From contig OZ242325.1 in assembly GCA_965208245.1 (NCBI GenBank), positions 158,706 through 222,705 of the forward strand: a stretch of DNA of 64,000 bases, in the 5' to 3' direction. Of the stretch, positions 10,879-20,300 are shown one piece after another. Within the stretch, counting starts at the first letter, position 1; every line of letters starts with the position of its first letter. The position numbers and the translations under genes are program-made. The DNA is from Candidatus Poribacteria bacterium. GTDB lineage: Bacteria > Poribacteria > WGA-4E > WGA-3G. The notes beneath the pieces were generated by a model. That model was not told the origin of the DNA. It was given only the letters and a program-made list of their open reading frames with translations, and made no database searches.

Positions 10879-11751
10879 CTACCTCAATACCTTTGCAACG
10901 GTTTCACCAATGGTAGTAAGATCGTCTGCAACAGCAATTCCTGCTTCTTTGAGAGATTCTATTTTATCTGCGGCAGTGCCTTTTCCACCAGAGATGATGG
11001 CACCTGCATGTCCCATCCGTTTGCCGGGTGGTGCAGTCTGGCCAGCGACGAAACCGATAACAGGTTTCGTCATGTGTTCCTGAACAAATTGTGCTGCTGT
11101 CTCCTCTGCTGTTCCTCCGATTTCACCGATTAAGACGACAGCGTGTGTGTCAGCATCTGTCTCAAAAAGTTTGAGTGCATCAACGAAGCTTGTCCCAATC
11201 ACTGGGTCTCCTCCGATACCGACACAAGTGGATTGCCCAATACCGAGTTGCTTGAGTTGATATGCGGCTTCATAGGTCAACGTCCCGCTTCGTGAGACTA
11301 TTCCGACGTTTCCAGGTGAATAAGCAAATGCTGGCATCACACCGATTTTGCATTCACCGGGAGTGATGATACCCGGACAGTTCGGACCAATTAACCGTGT
11401 CTGTTTACCATTTAAGAAAGCTTTTGCCTTCACCATATCAAGGATAGGGATATGCTCAGAGATACAGACAATTAATTCAACCCCCGCATCTGCAGCTTCC
11501 ATAATAGAATCTGCGGCGTTGAAACGTGCGGGAACAAATATAAGAGAGGTATCTGCTCCTGTTTCCGCAATACCTTGTACAACGGTATCAAAAACAGGGA
11601 TACCATTGACATCGGTTCCACCTCTACCCGGGACAGCACCAGCAACAATTTGCGTGCCGTAATCCACACACTGTTCCGTGTGAAAACGTCCTGAACGCCC
11701 AGTGATACCTTGAACTATTACTTTTGTGTTTTTGTTGACGAGTATGCTCAT
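10879..11751 (-). CDS. sucD: Succinyl-CoA ligase (ADP/GDP-forming) alpha subunit
   Basis: 290 aa with [16 protein letters not shown] and MGHAGAII (catalytic His loop). Confidence 0.92.
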   Translation of the reverse strand: MSILVNKNTKVIVQGITGRSGRFHTEQCVDYGTQIVAGAVPGRGGTDVNGIPVFDTVVQGIAETGADTSLIFVPARFNAADSIMEAADAGVELIVCISEHIPILDMVKAKAFLNGKQTRLIGPNCPGIITPGECKIGVMPAFAYSPGNVGIVSRSGTLTYEAAYQLKQLGIGQSTCVGIGGDPVIGTSFVDALKLFETDADTHAVVLIGEIGGTAEETAAQFVQEHMTKPVIGFVAGQTAPPGKRMGHAGAIISGGKGTAADKIESLKEAGIAVADDLTTIGETVAKVLR

Positions 11752-11756
11752 ATTTC

Positions 11757-12035
11757 TTAATCTATAACGAGATAACTAACGCTTTTTGCCTCCATTTTGA
11801 TAGGAATTTCAACGTTGTAGTTTCGGTCAATTTTATACTGTTTCGGATCCCCCTCTTTCTCACGAATGTTAACGGTTTCAGACAATCCAGTATAATATAA
11901 CGGCAGTTTCAGAGTGGTCTCTTGCGTTATCCGTGTAGAATTGTAGAGCATCACGAGTCCACAGGGATTGATTTGGGGGTTAACGTGTAGCATACAATCA
12001 ACGGAACGGCCATCTGGACATCGCACGTGAATCAC
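11757..12035 (-). CDS. Hypothetical 92-aa ORF, probably a C-terminal fragment of a larger protein
   Basis: No recognisable motif. The upstream in-frame region is closed by stops, and it sits where sucC would be expected. Confidence 0.2.
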   Translation of the reverse strand: MIHVRCPDGRSVDCMLHVNPQINPCGLVMLYNSTRITQETTLKLPLYYTGLSETVNIREKEGDPKQYKIDRNYNVEIPIKMEAKSVSYLVID

Positions 12036-12240
12036 ATCAGACTCTAATATTGTACGATACTTTTTCCGGCTGTTAAGTATTACTGCTTTGAATAAAGTCT
12101 AACATAACTATTGGACATTATATATGCACAATCTAACAGATTGTGCTACAAAGATAGCAACTTGGGTTATAGGAAGTGGTAACCTTGTTTCCATAAAAAG
12201 AGAGTCGCCAGTTTGGATTGACGACCTATCAATGATAACG

Positions 12241-12600
12241 TTATTCTTTTGATTTTTCCTGCGGTTGTGTCGGCGGTGGTTCAGTAAATTCCTCACCCCG
12301 ATTTTCGGCTTCCTTTCGCCTGCGATCCCACGCTGCAACTTCTTCGTACACTTCCGCTTTTGCATGAACTCTCACCTGCGCTTTCATTTCTTCTTCTCTT
12401 CGGAGAAAATCCCTGAGACGTCGTAACATAATATCTATTCCTTCCCCAAAAACAACCAATCCCGTTGAGGCCGCTACTATTTTTGAGATATTATTGACTA
12501 CAAAGTAAAACAAATCAACTACTTTGTAGTTTTTGAGAAAACATTGGTGTAAAATGACACAAACGGTAAGCACAACAACATAAAAGCAGAACCACAACAC
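12241..12600 (-). CDS. Small membrane protein, member 1 of the W-x-RRR...GE-x-F-x-EPPP tail family (no tetrapeptide expansion)
   Basis: GTG start. Has hydrophobic helices and the C-terminal EVYEEVAAWDRRRKEAENRGEEFTEPPPTQP, shared with 39820-40452 and 49619-50143. Confidence 0.6.
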   Translation of the reverse strand: MLWFCFYVVVLTVCVILHQCFLKNYKVVDLFYFVVNNISKIVAASTGLVVFGEGIDIMLRRLRDFLRREEEMKAQVRVHAKAEVYEEVAAWDRRRKEAENRGEEFTEPPPTQPQEKSKE

Positions 12601-12704
12601 AGCATTTTCAGCATCTTTGACGGTAAAAATTGATGATCGCTTATTTTCTCTTCTACTATGTGTTCTTCTTCTCGATTTTCTATCATCTCGTTACTTTTGC
12701 TTAT

Positions 12705-12748
12705 ATAGTAGCATATTTTAGACTAAATAGTAGCATATTTTAGACTAA
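12705..12748. repeat. Tandem 22-bp duplication (atagtagcatattttagactaa x2)
   Basis: Read directly in the intergenic region upstream of 12241-12600. Confidence 0.85.
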
Positions 12749-13018
12749 AATTCAAGAAAACTTTATTATAAGGGTGTATAAAGTTTTTGGCATGAAAATG
12801 CATAGAGTTGTTGCATAGAATGTCCGTATTTGGTATCCTACCCTAATAATTAATAAATAGTAATTAATTATAATCCTATTTTTAGGAGAGGATACCAACG
12901 TCAAGTATATCATTAAATACTTTTGAAAGCAACGATTGCAAAGGCAACTTGGGTTATTGTAGACAAATATATTTCACATGTGCTACAATATACCGAAATG
13001 TATAAGAAGGAGCATTAA

Positions 13019-13813
13019 GTGACAATAGAACTGTTTTCAATCGGCACAGAGTTAATACTCGGACAGATCCAAGACACAAACGCGCATTGGATTGCACAAC
13101 AGATCTTTCAAATGGGTGGGAAACTCAGACGTGTAACAATGCTACGAGATGATTTTGATGAAATCACTGAGGCATTGGATGCTGCAACAAAACGTAATAC
13201 AGCACTCATTTTAACCACTGGCGGTCTTGGTCCAACACCTGACGATATGACTGTCGCAGTCGTCGCATCGATCATCGATACCGAACTTGTCATAAGCCAG
13301 GAAACAGTCACAGAATATAAAAAACGACGGGAAATGTCTGAAGATGACATCTTAAATGATGCTCTCATAAAAATGGCTACAGTTCCGAACACAGCAGAAG
13401 TACTACAGAATCCTGACGGATGGGCTCCCTGTATCAGTGTAAATCATAAACAATCAACGATCATGATGATGCCAGGCCCACCAAGAGAAATGAAAGCAAT
13501 ATTTAAGACCCACATACAACCACGCATAGTCGAACAATACCACTCAGAAATTAATACGGCTCGTGTTTATGTAAGTATGTTTGAAGCGGAAGTTTCTCCC
13601 CTCATGCAAAAAGTCATGCAACGTCATCCTAATGTATACCTAAAAGCTTATGTTGCTCTTCGGAATATAGAAGAAAACAAAATGCCAATTGATATTGTAT
13701 CAACAAGCACCAACAAAATGGAATCCGAAACACAACTCAACCAATCAATTCAGTATTTCCAACAACTTGTTACACAAACTGGAAAAACATTCAGTTTAGA
13801 TGGCAACTCATAA
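13019..13813 (+). CDS. CinA-like / MoCF-type molybdopterin-binding domain protein
   Basis: GTG start. Has IELFSIGTELILGQIQDTNAHWIAQQ and LTTGGLGPTPDD motifs. Confidence 0.7.
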   Translation: MTIELFSIGTELILGQIQDTNAHWIAQQIFQMGGKLRRVTMLRDDFDEITEALDAATKRNTALILTTGGLGPTPDDMTVAVVASIIDTELVISQETVTEYKKRREMSEDDILNDALIKMATVPNTAEVLQNPDGWAPCISVNHKQSTIMMMPGPPREMKAIFKTHIQPRIVEQYHSEINTARVYVSMFEAEVSPLMQKVMQRHPNVYLKAYVALRNIEENKMPIDIVSTSTNKMESETQLNQSIQYFQQLVTQTGKTFSLDGNS

Positions 13814-13873
13814 CGCCACTTCGTTCAACACTTATGTTAACGATACTAATTAATCTATAAGGAGATATATATT

Positions 13874-14236
13874 TTGAAACGTAAACCTGCAGGGAATAGA
13901 AGAAATTTTAAAGGAAGATCAGGCAACAGAAGCAATACCAATCGTAGGCAAAAAACTAAAAAACGTAAAGATGAAAATAAGGATACTGATCCTAATCAGG
14001 AAGAGACCCTTGAACGTAACACTAAACAGAAAAATAAAATTGAGGTAGAGGGAGTTGTTGTTGAACCTTTACCAAATGCTATGTTCCGAGTTGAATTAGA
14101 GAATAAGCATGAAATCCTCGCACACATTTCAGGTAGAATGCGTAAGCATTACATCAAAATTGAACCAGGAGATAAAGTCACCGTTGAACTATCACCTTAT
14201 GATCTGACAAGAGGACGGATCACATATCGGAAGTAA
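13874..14236 (+). CDS. infA: Translation initiation factor IF-1 with ~55-aa Lys/Arg-rich N-terminal extension
   Basis: The C-terminal 65 aa ([63 protein letters not shown]) form a canonical IF-1 S1 fold. TTG start with AAGGAG upstream. No in-frame ATG/GTG/TTG lies closer to the core. Confidence 0.85.
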   Translation: MKRKPAGNRRNFKGRSGNRSNTNRRQKTKKRKDENKDTDPNQEETLERNTKQKNKIEVEGVVVEPLPNAMFRVELENKHEILAHISGRMRKHYIKIEPGDKVTVELSPYDLTRGRITYRK

Positions 14237-15090
14237 TGAAAACCCCTACATTAGTTTACATCAATAGATATGAAGAAAAAGAACTTGACAGATTGTTTCA
14301 TGCTATTGAAGAAAAACGAAAACAGGTCGAAGACCTAACTGTTACTTTTGAACAGTTAAAGAAAGAGGTAGACCTGTTTCAACATAAGTATAATTCTTAC
14401 GTAGGACAATTCTACCTTGAGCTAGATCAAATTGATCTTGAAGCACAAGAATATCGTCTAAGACTTAAATTACAGCAAGAAAACGTCAGTGTTGAGGAAA
14501 TAGAAAAACGGGTAGAAGCTTGTTTCAAAAAGAATCGCGCACGTTTCAATACTGTTGATAACGAAAAAAAATACAAAAAGATGGCTAAGAAAAAACAATT
14601 ACCTGATAAGGAAGAAAAATACGTAAAGAATCTCTATCGGAAACTTGCCAAGAGATTCCACCCAGACAAAGTAGAACACCCTGATGAGAAAAATAGGCAT
14701 GAACAACTCATGCCACTTATAAACAAGGCGTATGAAGACCAAGATCTGCTGATTTTGGAACGATTAAATATCGGTGAGACTGACTTAACGGAAGCAACTG
14801 AACAAACCCATAAAGATAAAAGGGAACAACTCCATCAGAATCTACGAAATCTTAACAGAATTATGAGTGAATTACGATCTGAGATAAATCGTGTAAAAGC
14901 AGGACGCACATATCAACTAAAACAGCAAGTAGAAAACGCTGAGAAAAATGGTAATGACCTATTATCTACGCTTGCTGCTGACCTAAAAAGAAGGGTTAAA
15001 TCAAGTAAAATACAACTGACAAATTTAATAAATATCTGGAAGCTTAAAAACCAAAATCTTAATAGTAGTAGGCACACGCATGAAGATTAA
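14236..15090 (+). CDS. J-domain (DnaJ-like) coiled-coil protein
   Basis: Has an internal J-domain (LYRKLAKRFHPDK...INKAYEDQ). The start overlaps the infA stop (TAATG). Confidence 0.75.
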   Translation: MKTPTLVYINRYEEKELDRLFHAIEEKRKQVEDLTVTFEQLKKEVDLFQHKYNSYVGQFYLELDQIDLEAQEYRLRLKLQQENVSVEEIEKRVEACFKKNRARFNTVDNEKKYKKMAKKKQLPDKEEKYVKNLYRKLAKRFHPDKVEHPDEKNRHEQLMPLINKAYEDQDLLILERLNIGETDLTEATEQTHKDKREQLHQNLRNLNRIMSELRSEINRVKAGRTYQLKQQVENAEKNGNDLLSTLAADLKRRVKSSKIQLTNLINIWKLKNQNLNSSRHTHED

Positions 15091-15214
15091 ATAAATATTT
15101 TAGGTAATCCAATCCATCAAAATGATCGTAGGGGCGAGGTTACCCCGCCCGCATATTTCCAGATTAACCACACACATATTACCCAATTTAAGTCTTAATC
15201 TTCATCCGTGTGCC
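15071..15214. repeat. MITE-like unit: 20-bp inverted repeat (ggcacacgcatgaagattaa / ttaatcttcatccgtgtgcc) enclosing a GGGGCGAGG-type REP core (15127-15152)
   Basis: Arms lie at 15071-15090 and 15195-15214 with 1 mismatch. The left arm supplies the last codons and stop of the J-protein. Confidence 0.6.
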
Positions 15215-15232
15215 GTACATAAGGACTCATAC

Positions 15233-15418
15233 ATGCAACGCAAAGATAAAGTAGCTATAGTTACAGGTAGTGGACGCGGAATAGGTAAAGCAATTGCGGT
15301 TGCATACTCAACTGAAGGCGCAAAAGTCGTTGATTCGACTGTCTTCCTCACAGCACAACCCACAGATAGCGGTATGACAGGTCAAATACTGAGTATCATG
15401 AAGAGAAATAGTCCATAG
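15233..15418 (+). pseudogene. SDR relic with internal deletion (Rossmann N-terminus fused to C-terminal tail)
   Basis: Sequence is MQRKDKVAIVTGSGRGIGKAIAVAYSTEGAKVV followed directly by an SDR C-terminal-like ...FLTAQPTDSGMTGQIL. Only 61 aa. Confidence 0.6.
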
Positions 15419-15483
15419 TGACTATGGCATGAACGGCATTTTCACATGCTGGAAAAAACCTACACAACCGCTTAACTCTACCT

Positions 15484-16554
15484 TTACGTCAATGGAAACG
15501 AGATCCGTTTGCCATCTTCCGCAGAACGGTAAGCTCCCAATACCATCTCTACAGAAACCCTGCCATCTTCTACCGTGACATCTGACTCAGTATCATCCTT
15601 AAGACAATCAATAAACGGACGAGGAACTCCAGAGATACGTTCACCATGACTATTCGGTATATCTATACCAAGGTCTTTCCATGACGGCTCATCGCCTATA
15701 TACAATTTCAAGGCAATCGCATCTTCAGAACGCGGTATATTACATGAAGGTCCATCACCGTAATTCTGTATAATCACACCTTCATCACCATAGATTTCAG
15801 TTGTATTCTCTCCAGCGAGTGTAACTGAATTGTTAATCAGAATAGCCATAGTTCCACTCGGAAACCGATATACAGCAATACCGGAATCGTCAGGAGCGAC
15901 ATCAGTCAGAACGTTATCAATCTCAGCAATCACACTAATTGGTTTGCCGAGCATCCAATAGATAAAGTCTGTTGCATGGGAGGCATCATCCATAAACATC
16001 CCCATATTCTTCACTGGATCTATGTGCCAACGACTCGGTCCTGTAACAAATGCTTCGTTAAAGAGAACATTGATACAGTGTCTTCTACGCAACAGACCGA
16101 TTTTTCCCAAAACGCCGCTGTCAATAAGTTCTTTCATCGCAATGTTTGCAGGATCCCGCCGCATCTGATGAGCCATCATAAACTTAACACCAGACTTTTG
16201 CACAGCACCGCCAATAATATCGCAATCTTCTAATGTTAGAGCTAACGGCTTTTGACATAGAATATGTTTTCCAGATGACGCAGCAACTGTGACCATTTCA
16301 GCATGACGGTTCGTTTCACATGTCACTATCACAGCATCAATTTCAGCATGATTGACAACATCCTCAAGGTGAGGACTATACGTCATACCAAACTGTGAAG
16401 CAGCATTCTCACCACGTTCAATATTATCATCCCAACATGCAACAAGATTTACATCCTCAAACGTCTTCATCTTGTTGCAATATGCGTTAGCATGTCCATG
16501 TGCAAAACTGATTAAGCCAATACCAATTTTCGAGTTCATGTCCGTATTATCCAA
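15484..16554 (-). CDS. Gfo/Idh/MocA family oxidoreductase
   Basis: Has an N-terminal Rossmann region (IGIGLISFAHGHANAY), a CQKPLA motif, and typical length. Confidence 0.8.
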   Translation of the reverse strand: MDNTDMNSKIGIGLISFAHGHANAYCNKMKTFEDVNLVACWDDNIERGENAASQFGMTYSPHLEDVVNHAEIDAVIVTCETNRHAEMVTVAASSGKHILCQKPLALTLEDCDIIGGAVQKSGVKFMMAHQMRRDPANIAMKELIDSGVLGKIGLLRRRHCINVLFNEAFVTGPSRWHIDPVKNMGMFMDDASHATDFIYWMLGKPISVIAEIDNVLTDVAPDDSGIAVYRFPSGTMAILINNSVTLAGENTTEIYGDEGVIIQNYGDGPSCNIPRSEDAIALKLYIGDEPSWKDLGIDIPNSHGERISGVPRPFIDCLKDDTESDVTVEDGRVSVEMVLGAYRSAEDGKRISFPLT

Positions 16555-16711
16555 TCTCTAAGTGTTTGTTGTGAATCGGTTTCTAGATTAAAGACTAATA
16601 GACCCTCTTGCTGTGCAACTCTGATGAGACGTTGGTCTGAAGCAATCAGTATTAAGGCATCATCTGAACTATGGAGCTCACCATAATCCTTATCTCGGAA
16701 TCTACATCCTT
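16552..16711 (-). pseudogene. Possible C-terminal relic of a PIN-domain (VapC-like) toxin
   Basis: Hand translation gives ...DYGELHSSDDALILIASDQRLIRVAQQEGLLVFNLE.... There is no start codon, and its stop overlaps the ATG of the downstream oxidoreductase. Confidence 0.3.
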
Positions 16712-17010
16712 TTCACTCTAACGTTTGTAGTAGCACAATTCATTGTGCGTTCTTTGCAATATACGTTCAATTAACCATGAAATCCGACATTTTGCGTAAG
16801 TCCTGCTATAGAATCAATTGCGTTTCTATCTGATTATACCACATCCACTGCGTTTTACAAAGCAAATAAGTTGTGTAACGAACGATCGTGTAGGAACAAT
16901 ACTTTTACATATCCACTTAACAAAAAACTTGAAACTCACAACCACACATGCTATAATAAATTTGCTCAATTCATCAAAACTTAGAAAATATCTGTTAGTA
17001 GAGAATTATA

Positions 17011-18561
17011 ATGAAATATTTCACATACTTCGGCAATCACCTAATCAATGCAAATATACCGGATAATTCTGAGGTATATTATGCAAAACCGCCTCTACCG
17101 GGAATTAAACGCGCCGCACTAAGTGAGCATACGCAACATGCTTTTGAGAATCCACTTGATATGACACCCTTAAGAGAACTAGTAGATGGCAATTCTAAAG
17201 TGTTGATCCTATTTGATGACAACTGCCAGCCGTTTCCATCAACAAAAAAACCTGACATGCGTCAGATAATGATTGAGACACTATTGAAACTTCTTTATGA
17301 GTATGGTGTAGAAAAGAAAAACATTCAACTTATCTGTGCTGTTGCATTACATAGGAAGATGAAAGAACATGAACTCGCATTTATGTTAGGGAAAGACATT
17401 ATGGACGAATTCTATCCGCATCAACTTCGAAATTTTGATGCTGAAAATGCAGAACAGATCGTTGAGGTAGGAAAAACAGAACACGATGAAATCGTAGAGA
17501 CAGATAAGGCAGTTCTTGAATCGGATTTAGTGATATATATTGACATGATTCAGATTCCACTCAATGGGGGACATAAATCTGTTGCTGTCGGTTTAGGCAC
17601 ATATAACTCTATCGCACCCCACCATTCTCCACACATGACATCTGAAAGTCCCCATGTGATGCAGCCAGAAGGGTCGCACATGCATGCATGTATTGAGCGA
17701 ATGAGTCACCTTATACAGAAAGAAACTCCGATTTTCATGATTGAGGCAGCAATGAACAGTGCTATCTATCCATTCCATCTTAAGTATGTTGGAAAACCGA
17801 ATAGAGACTGTAATATTGCTGAGAAAATCATAAAAGCATTTACTCCCGCAACATTATCTCTACTCCCTGAATCTGTAAGGTTTAAAATCCTTAAGAGTGT
17901 ACAGACCGACTATGAGCCGATGACAGTCAATGGGGGTGATATTGATGCTGTTCACACAAAAACGCTTGATCTGATGAAAGATCAGTTAGCAATTGATATC
18001 CCTCGCCAATTCAGCACGATGGTCTTTGGGCTGCCAGATATGAGTCCTTATGCAGTAGATGCTCGTATTAATCCTGTCCTAGTAGTCAGTGACATCTTGG
18101 GATATGTATTTAACTGGTTCTACAATAAGCCGATAATCAAGAAGGGTGGGGTCGTCATCATCATGAATCCTACTTACGAGATTTTCCATGAAGAATATCA
18201 CGTCGCGTATAAGATGTTCTATGATGAGGTGTTAACGGATACGACTGAACCTTTCGAAATGCAAGAAAAATACCAAGAGAAATATGCTAAAGACGAATAT
18301 CTGATTGACTGTTATAGGAACAGATATGCACATCACGGTTTTCATCCTTTTACGGTGTGGTACTGGGCAACTTATCCGCTGAAATATCTGTCAAAAGTGA
18401 TTCTGGTTGGTCCGAAGGAACCGAGCGTTGCACAGCGATTAGGTGTTGAATGGGCAAAAAACTTAGACGATGCACTTGCTATGGCGCGCGCTGTTTCAGG
18501 TGAAGACGATGTCGTTGCTTTGACAATGCCACCATTCTTTTATGCACATGTCAAAGAGTAA
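17011..18561 (+). CDS. LarA-like (lactate racemase / DUF2088) family protein
   Basis: From memory of L. plantarum LarA, the pattern matches: ENPLD..PLRELV, KVLILFDD(NCQ)PFP, AVALHRKM.EHE, and NGGHKSV (the LarA GGRKSV position). Confidence 0.55.
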   Translation: MKYFTYFGNHLINANIPDNSEVYYAKPPLPGIKRAALSEHTQHAFENPLDMTPLRELVDGNSKVLILFDDNCQPFPSTKKPDMRQIMIETLLKLLYEYGVEKKNIQLICAVALHRKMKEHELAFMLGKDIMDEFYPHQLRNFDAENAEQIVEVGKTEHDEIVETDKAVLESDLVIYIDMIQIPLNGGHKSVAVGLGTYNSIAPHHSPHMTSESPHVMQPEGSHMHACIERMSHLIQKETPIFMIEAAMNSAIYPFHLKYVGKPNRDCNIAEKIIKAFTPATLSLLPESVRFKILKSVQTDYEPMTVNGGDIDAVHTKTLDLMKDQLAIDIPRQFSTMVFGLPDMSPYAVDARINPVLVVSDILGYVFNWFYNKPIIKKGGVVIIMNPTYEIFHEEYHVAYKMFYDEVLTDTTEPFEMQEKYQEKYAKDEYLIDCYRNRYAHHGFHPFTVWYWATYPLKYLSKVILVGPKEPSVAQRLGVEWAKNLDDALAMARAVSGEDDVVALTMPPFFYAHVKE

Positions 18562-18637
18562 CGTCAATCATGCATTAACATCAACTGTTATATGAGGTGT
18601 GTGCACATTTGTAAATACCAATGTAAAATATGCTCTT

Positions 18638-18666
18638 AAAAGTAGTAGGCACACTCCGTGTGCCGT
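18638..18666. repeat. Hairpin repeat aaaagtagtaGGCACACtccGTGTGCCgt (family 2)
   Basis: A near-identical copy lies at 28837-28865. The 7-bp stem was read directly. Confidence 0.7.
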
Positions 18667-18705
18667 TATGCAAACCCCTCAGTTATGTGAAGGATATTGA
18701 GATCA

Positions 18706-20292
18706 ATGGCAACAGACAGAACACTCCCAACACCAGAAGAAATTGAAAAGGAATTCCAAGAGTTCTTCCAAAAAAAATACGGAGACGGTGTAAGTGTTCG
18801 CCTCGGATATGTAGGCGGACAACAAGCAACTTCTGAACAAACGGAAACAGAGATACCGGAACCACAAAAAACGTTCGATCTAAAATTTGACCTTAAACCG
18901 AAGGATATTAAGAAATACTTGGATAGGTACGTCATCAAACAGGATGAGGCAAAGAAAGCACTTGCGATCGCTGTCTGTGATCATTACAACCATGTCCGAG
19001 AGTGCCATGAAAATCCTGACGCTACCGATGCAGATTATTCCAAACAGAACATTGTTATGCTCGGTCCTACAGGCGTAGGTAAAACATACCTAATAAGACA
19101 CATCGCTAAGCTGATCGGTGTTCCATTTGTCAAAGCAGATGCCACCCGTTTTAGTGAAATAGGCTATGTGGGAGCAAATGTTGATGACCTAATTCGTGAA
19201 CTAGTTACACAAGCGGAAGATAACTTTGAATTAGCACAATACGGTATCATCTATCTGGATGAAGCGGACAAGATCGCTACGCCTCCTAATATTATAGGTC
19301 GAGATGTCAGTGGTCGGGGTGTTCAGATAGGATTGCTTAAATTAATGGAAGAAACTGAAGTAGACCTTAGCGGAGGACATGATGTCGCATCACAAATGCG
19401 GGCTGTTATGGAATTTCAGAAACGTGGAAAGGTGAATAAGCAAGTAATAAATACTCGACATATCCTCTTTATCATCAGCGGTGCTTTCACTGGTATGGAA
19501 GATATAATCAAAAAACGTACGCATCAGACACGGATCGGTTTTAATGTGGAAGTTACAAGTCAAAAAGACGCTGATGCGGAGTATTTCACGCATGTTACAC
19601 CCAAAGACTTTATTGATTTCGGTTTTGAACCAGAATTTATAGGTAGACTCCCCGTACATGTCGTATGTACTGAGTTGGAAGTTGATGATCTCTATCACAT
19701 ATTAAAACACGCTGAAGGATCCATTATCCGACAATATGAAAATGCCTTCAGATCCTACGGGATTAATGTGCTGTTTTCAGACGATGGATTACAACGGATC
19801 GCAGAAAAAGCAATTGAACAAAAAACCGGCGCACGCGCGTTGATGACCGTCTGTGAGAAAGTTCTGCGAAACTATAAATTCGAACTGCCATCTACAGGGA
19901 TTGTAGAGTTTGTAGTGACAACTGACGTAGTTGATACACCAGATAATGAACTGAAAAAAATCATGAGTGACCCTGAATATAACAAGATAAGTGTCATGAA
20001 AGAACAGATACGGAGATATGAAGGAAAATTCCAGGATGACCACAACCTGAAGATTGAATTTGATGACGAGGCAGTTGCAGCAATCTGTCAGAGTACTATC
20101 AAACAAGAACTTTCCATTCAACAGATTTGTGATGAGATACTTAAAAGTTATCAACACGGGTTGAACCTAATTAAGCAGAATACAAGGCAGACATCGTTCA
20201 GTTTGCCAAAACAGGTCGTGGATAATCCTGATCCAGTACTTGAGAAATGGATTCGGGATTCTTATCACACCAAAGATGAAGTAAAGGAATAA
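18706..20292 (+). CDS. ClpX-like AAA+ ATPase lacking the N-terminal zinc finger, with C-terminal extension
   Basis: Has YVIKQDEAKKALAIAV, Walker A GPTGVGKT, Walker B IIYLDEADKI, RIGF (IGF-loop position), EFIGRLPV and KTGARAL. No CxxC pairs at the N-terminus. About 100 extra C-terminal aa. Confidence 0.8.
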   Translation: MATDRTLPTPEEIEKEFQEFFQKKYGDGVSVRLGYVGGQQATSEQTETEIPEPQKTFDLKFDLKPKDIKKYLDRYVIKQDEAKKALAIAVCDHYNHVRECHENPDATDADYSKQNIVMLGPTGVGKTYLIRHIAKLIGVPFVKADATRFSEIGYVGANVDDLIRELVTQAEDNFELAQYGIIYLDEADKIATPPNIIGRDVSGRGVQIGLLKLMEETEVDLSGGHDVASQMRAVMEFQKRGKVNKQVINTRHILFIISGAFTGMEDIIKKRTHQTRIGFNVEVTSQKDADAEYFTHVTPKDFIDFGFEPEFIGRLPVHVVCTELEVDDLYHILKHAEGSIIRQYENAFRSYGINVLFSDDGLQRIAEKAIEQKTGARALMTVCEKVLRNYKFELPSTGIVEFVVTTDVVDTPDNELKKIMSDPEYNKISVMKEQIRRYEGKFQDDHNLKIEFDDEAVAAICQSTIKQELSIQQICDEILKSYQHGLNLIKQNTRQTSFSLPKQVVDNPDPVLEKWIRDSYHTKDEVKE

Positions 20293-20300
20293 ATTCGACC

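Noticed and set aside
12108-12365. 85-aa basic ORF overlapping the 3' end of 12241-12600
   Set aside because: It is an alternative frame of the conserved tail region, and the tail motif shared by three paralogs identifies the real frame.
15122-15232. N-terminal extension of the ORF 15122-15418
   Set aside because: It is translated through the REP core and the inverted-repeat arm. A proper ATG with AAGGA lies at 15233, where SDR similarity begins.
16818-17066. 82-aa ORF upstream of and overlapping the LarA-like gene
   Set aside because: It has an AT-rich, low-complexity translation and overlaps the well-supported start at 17011.
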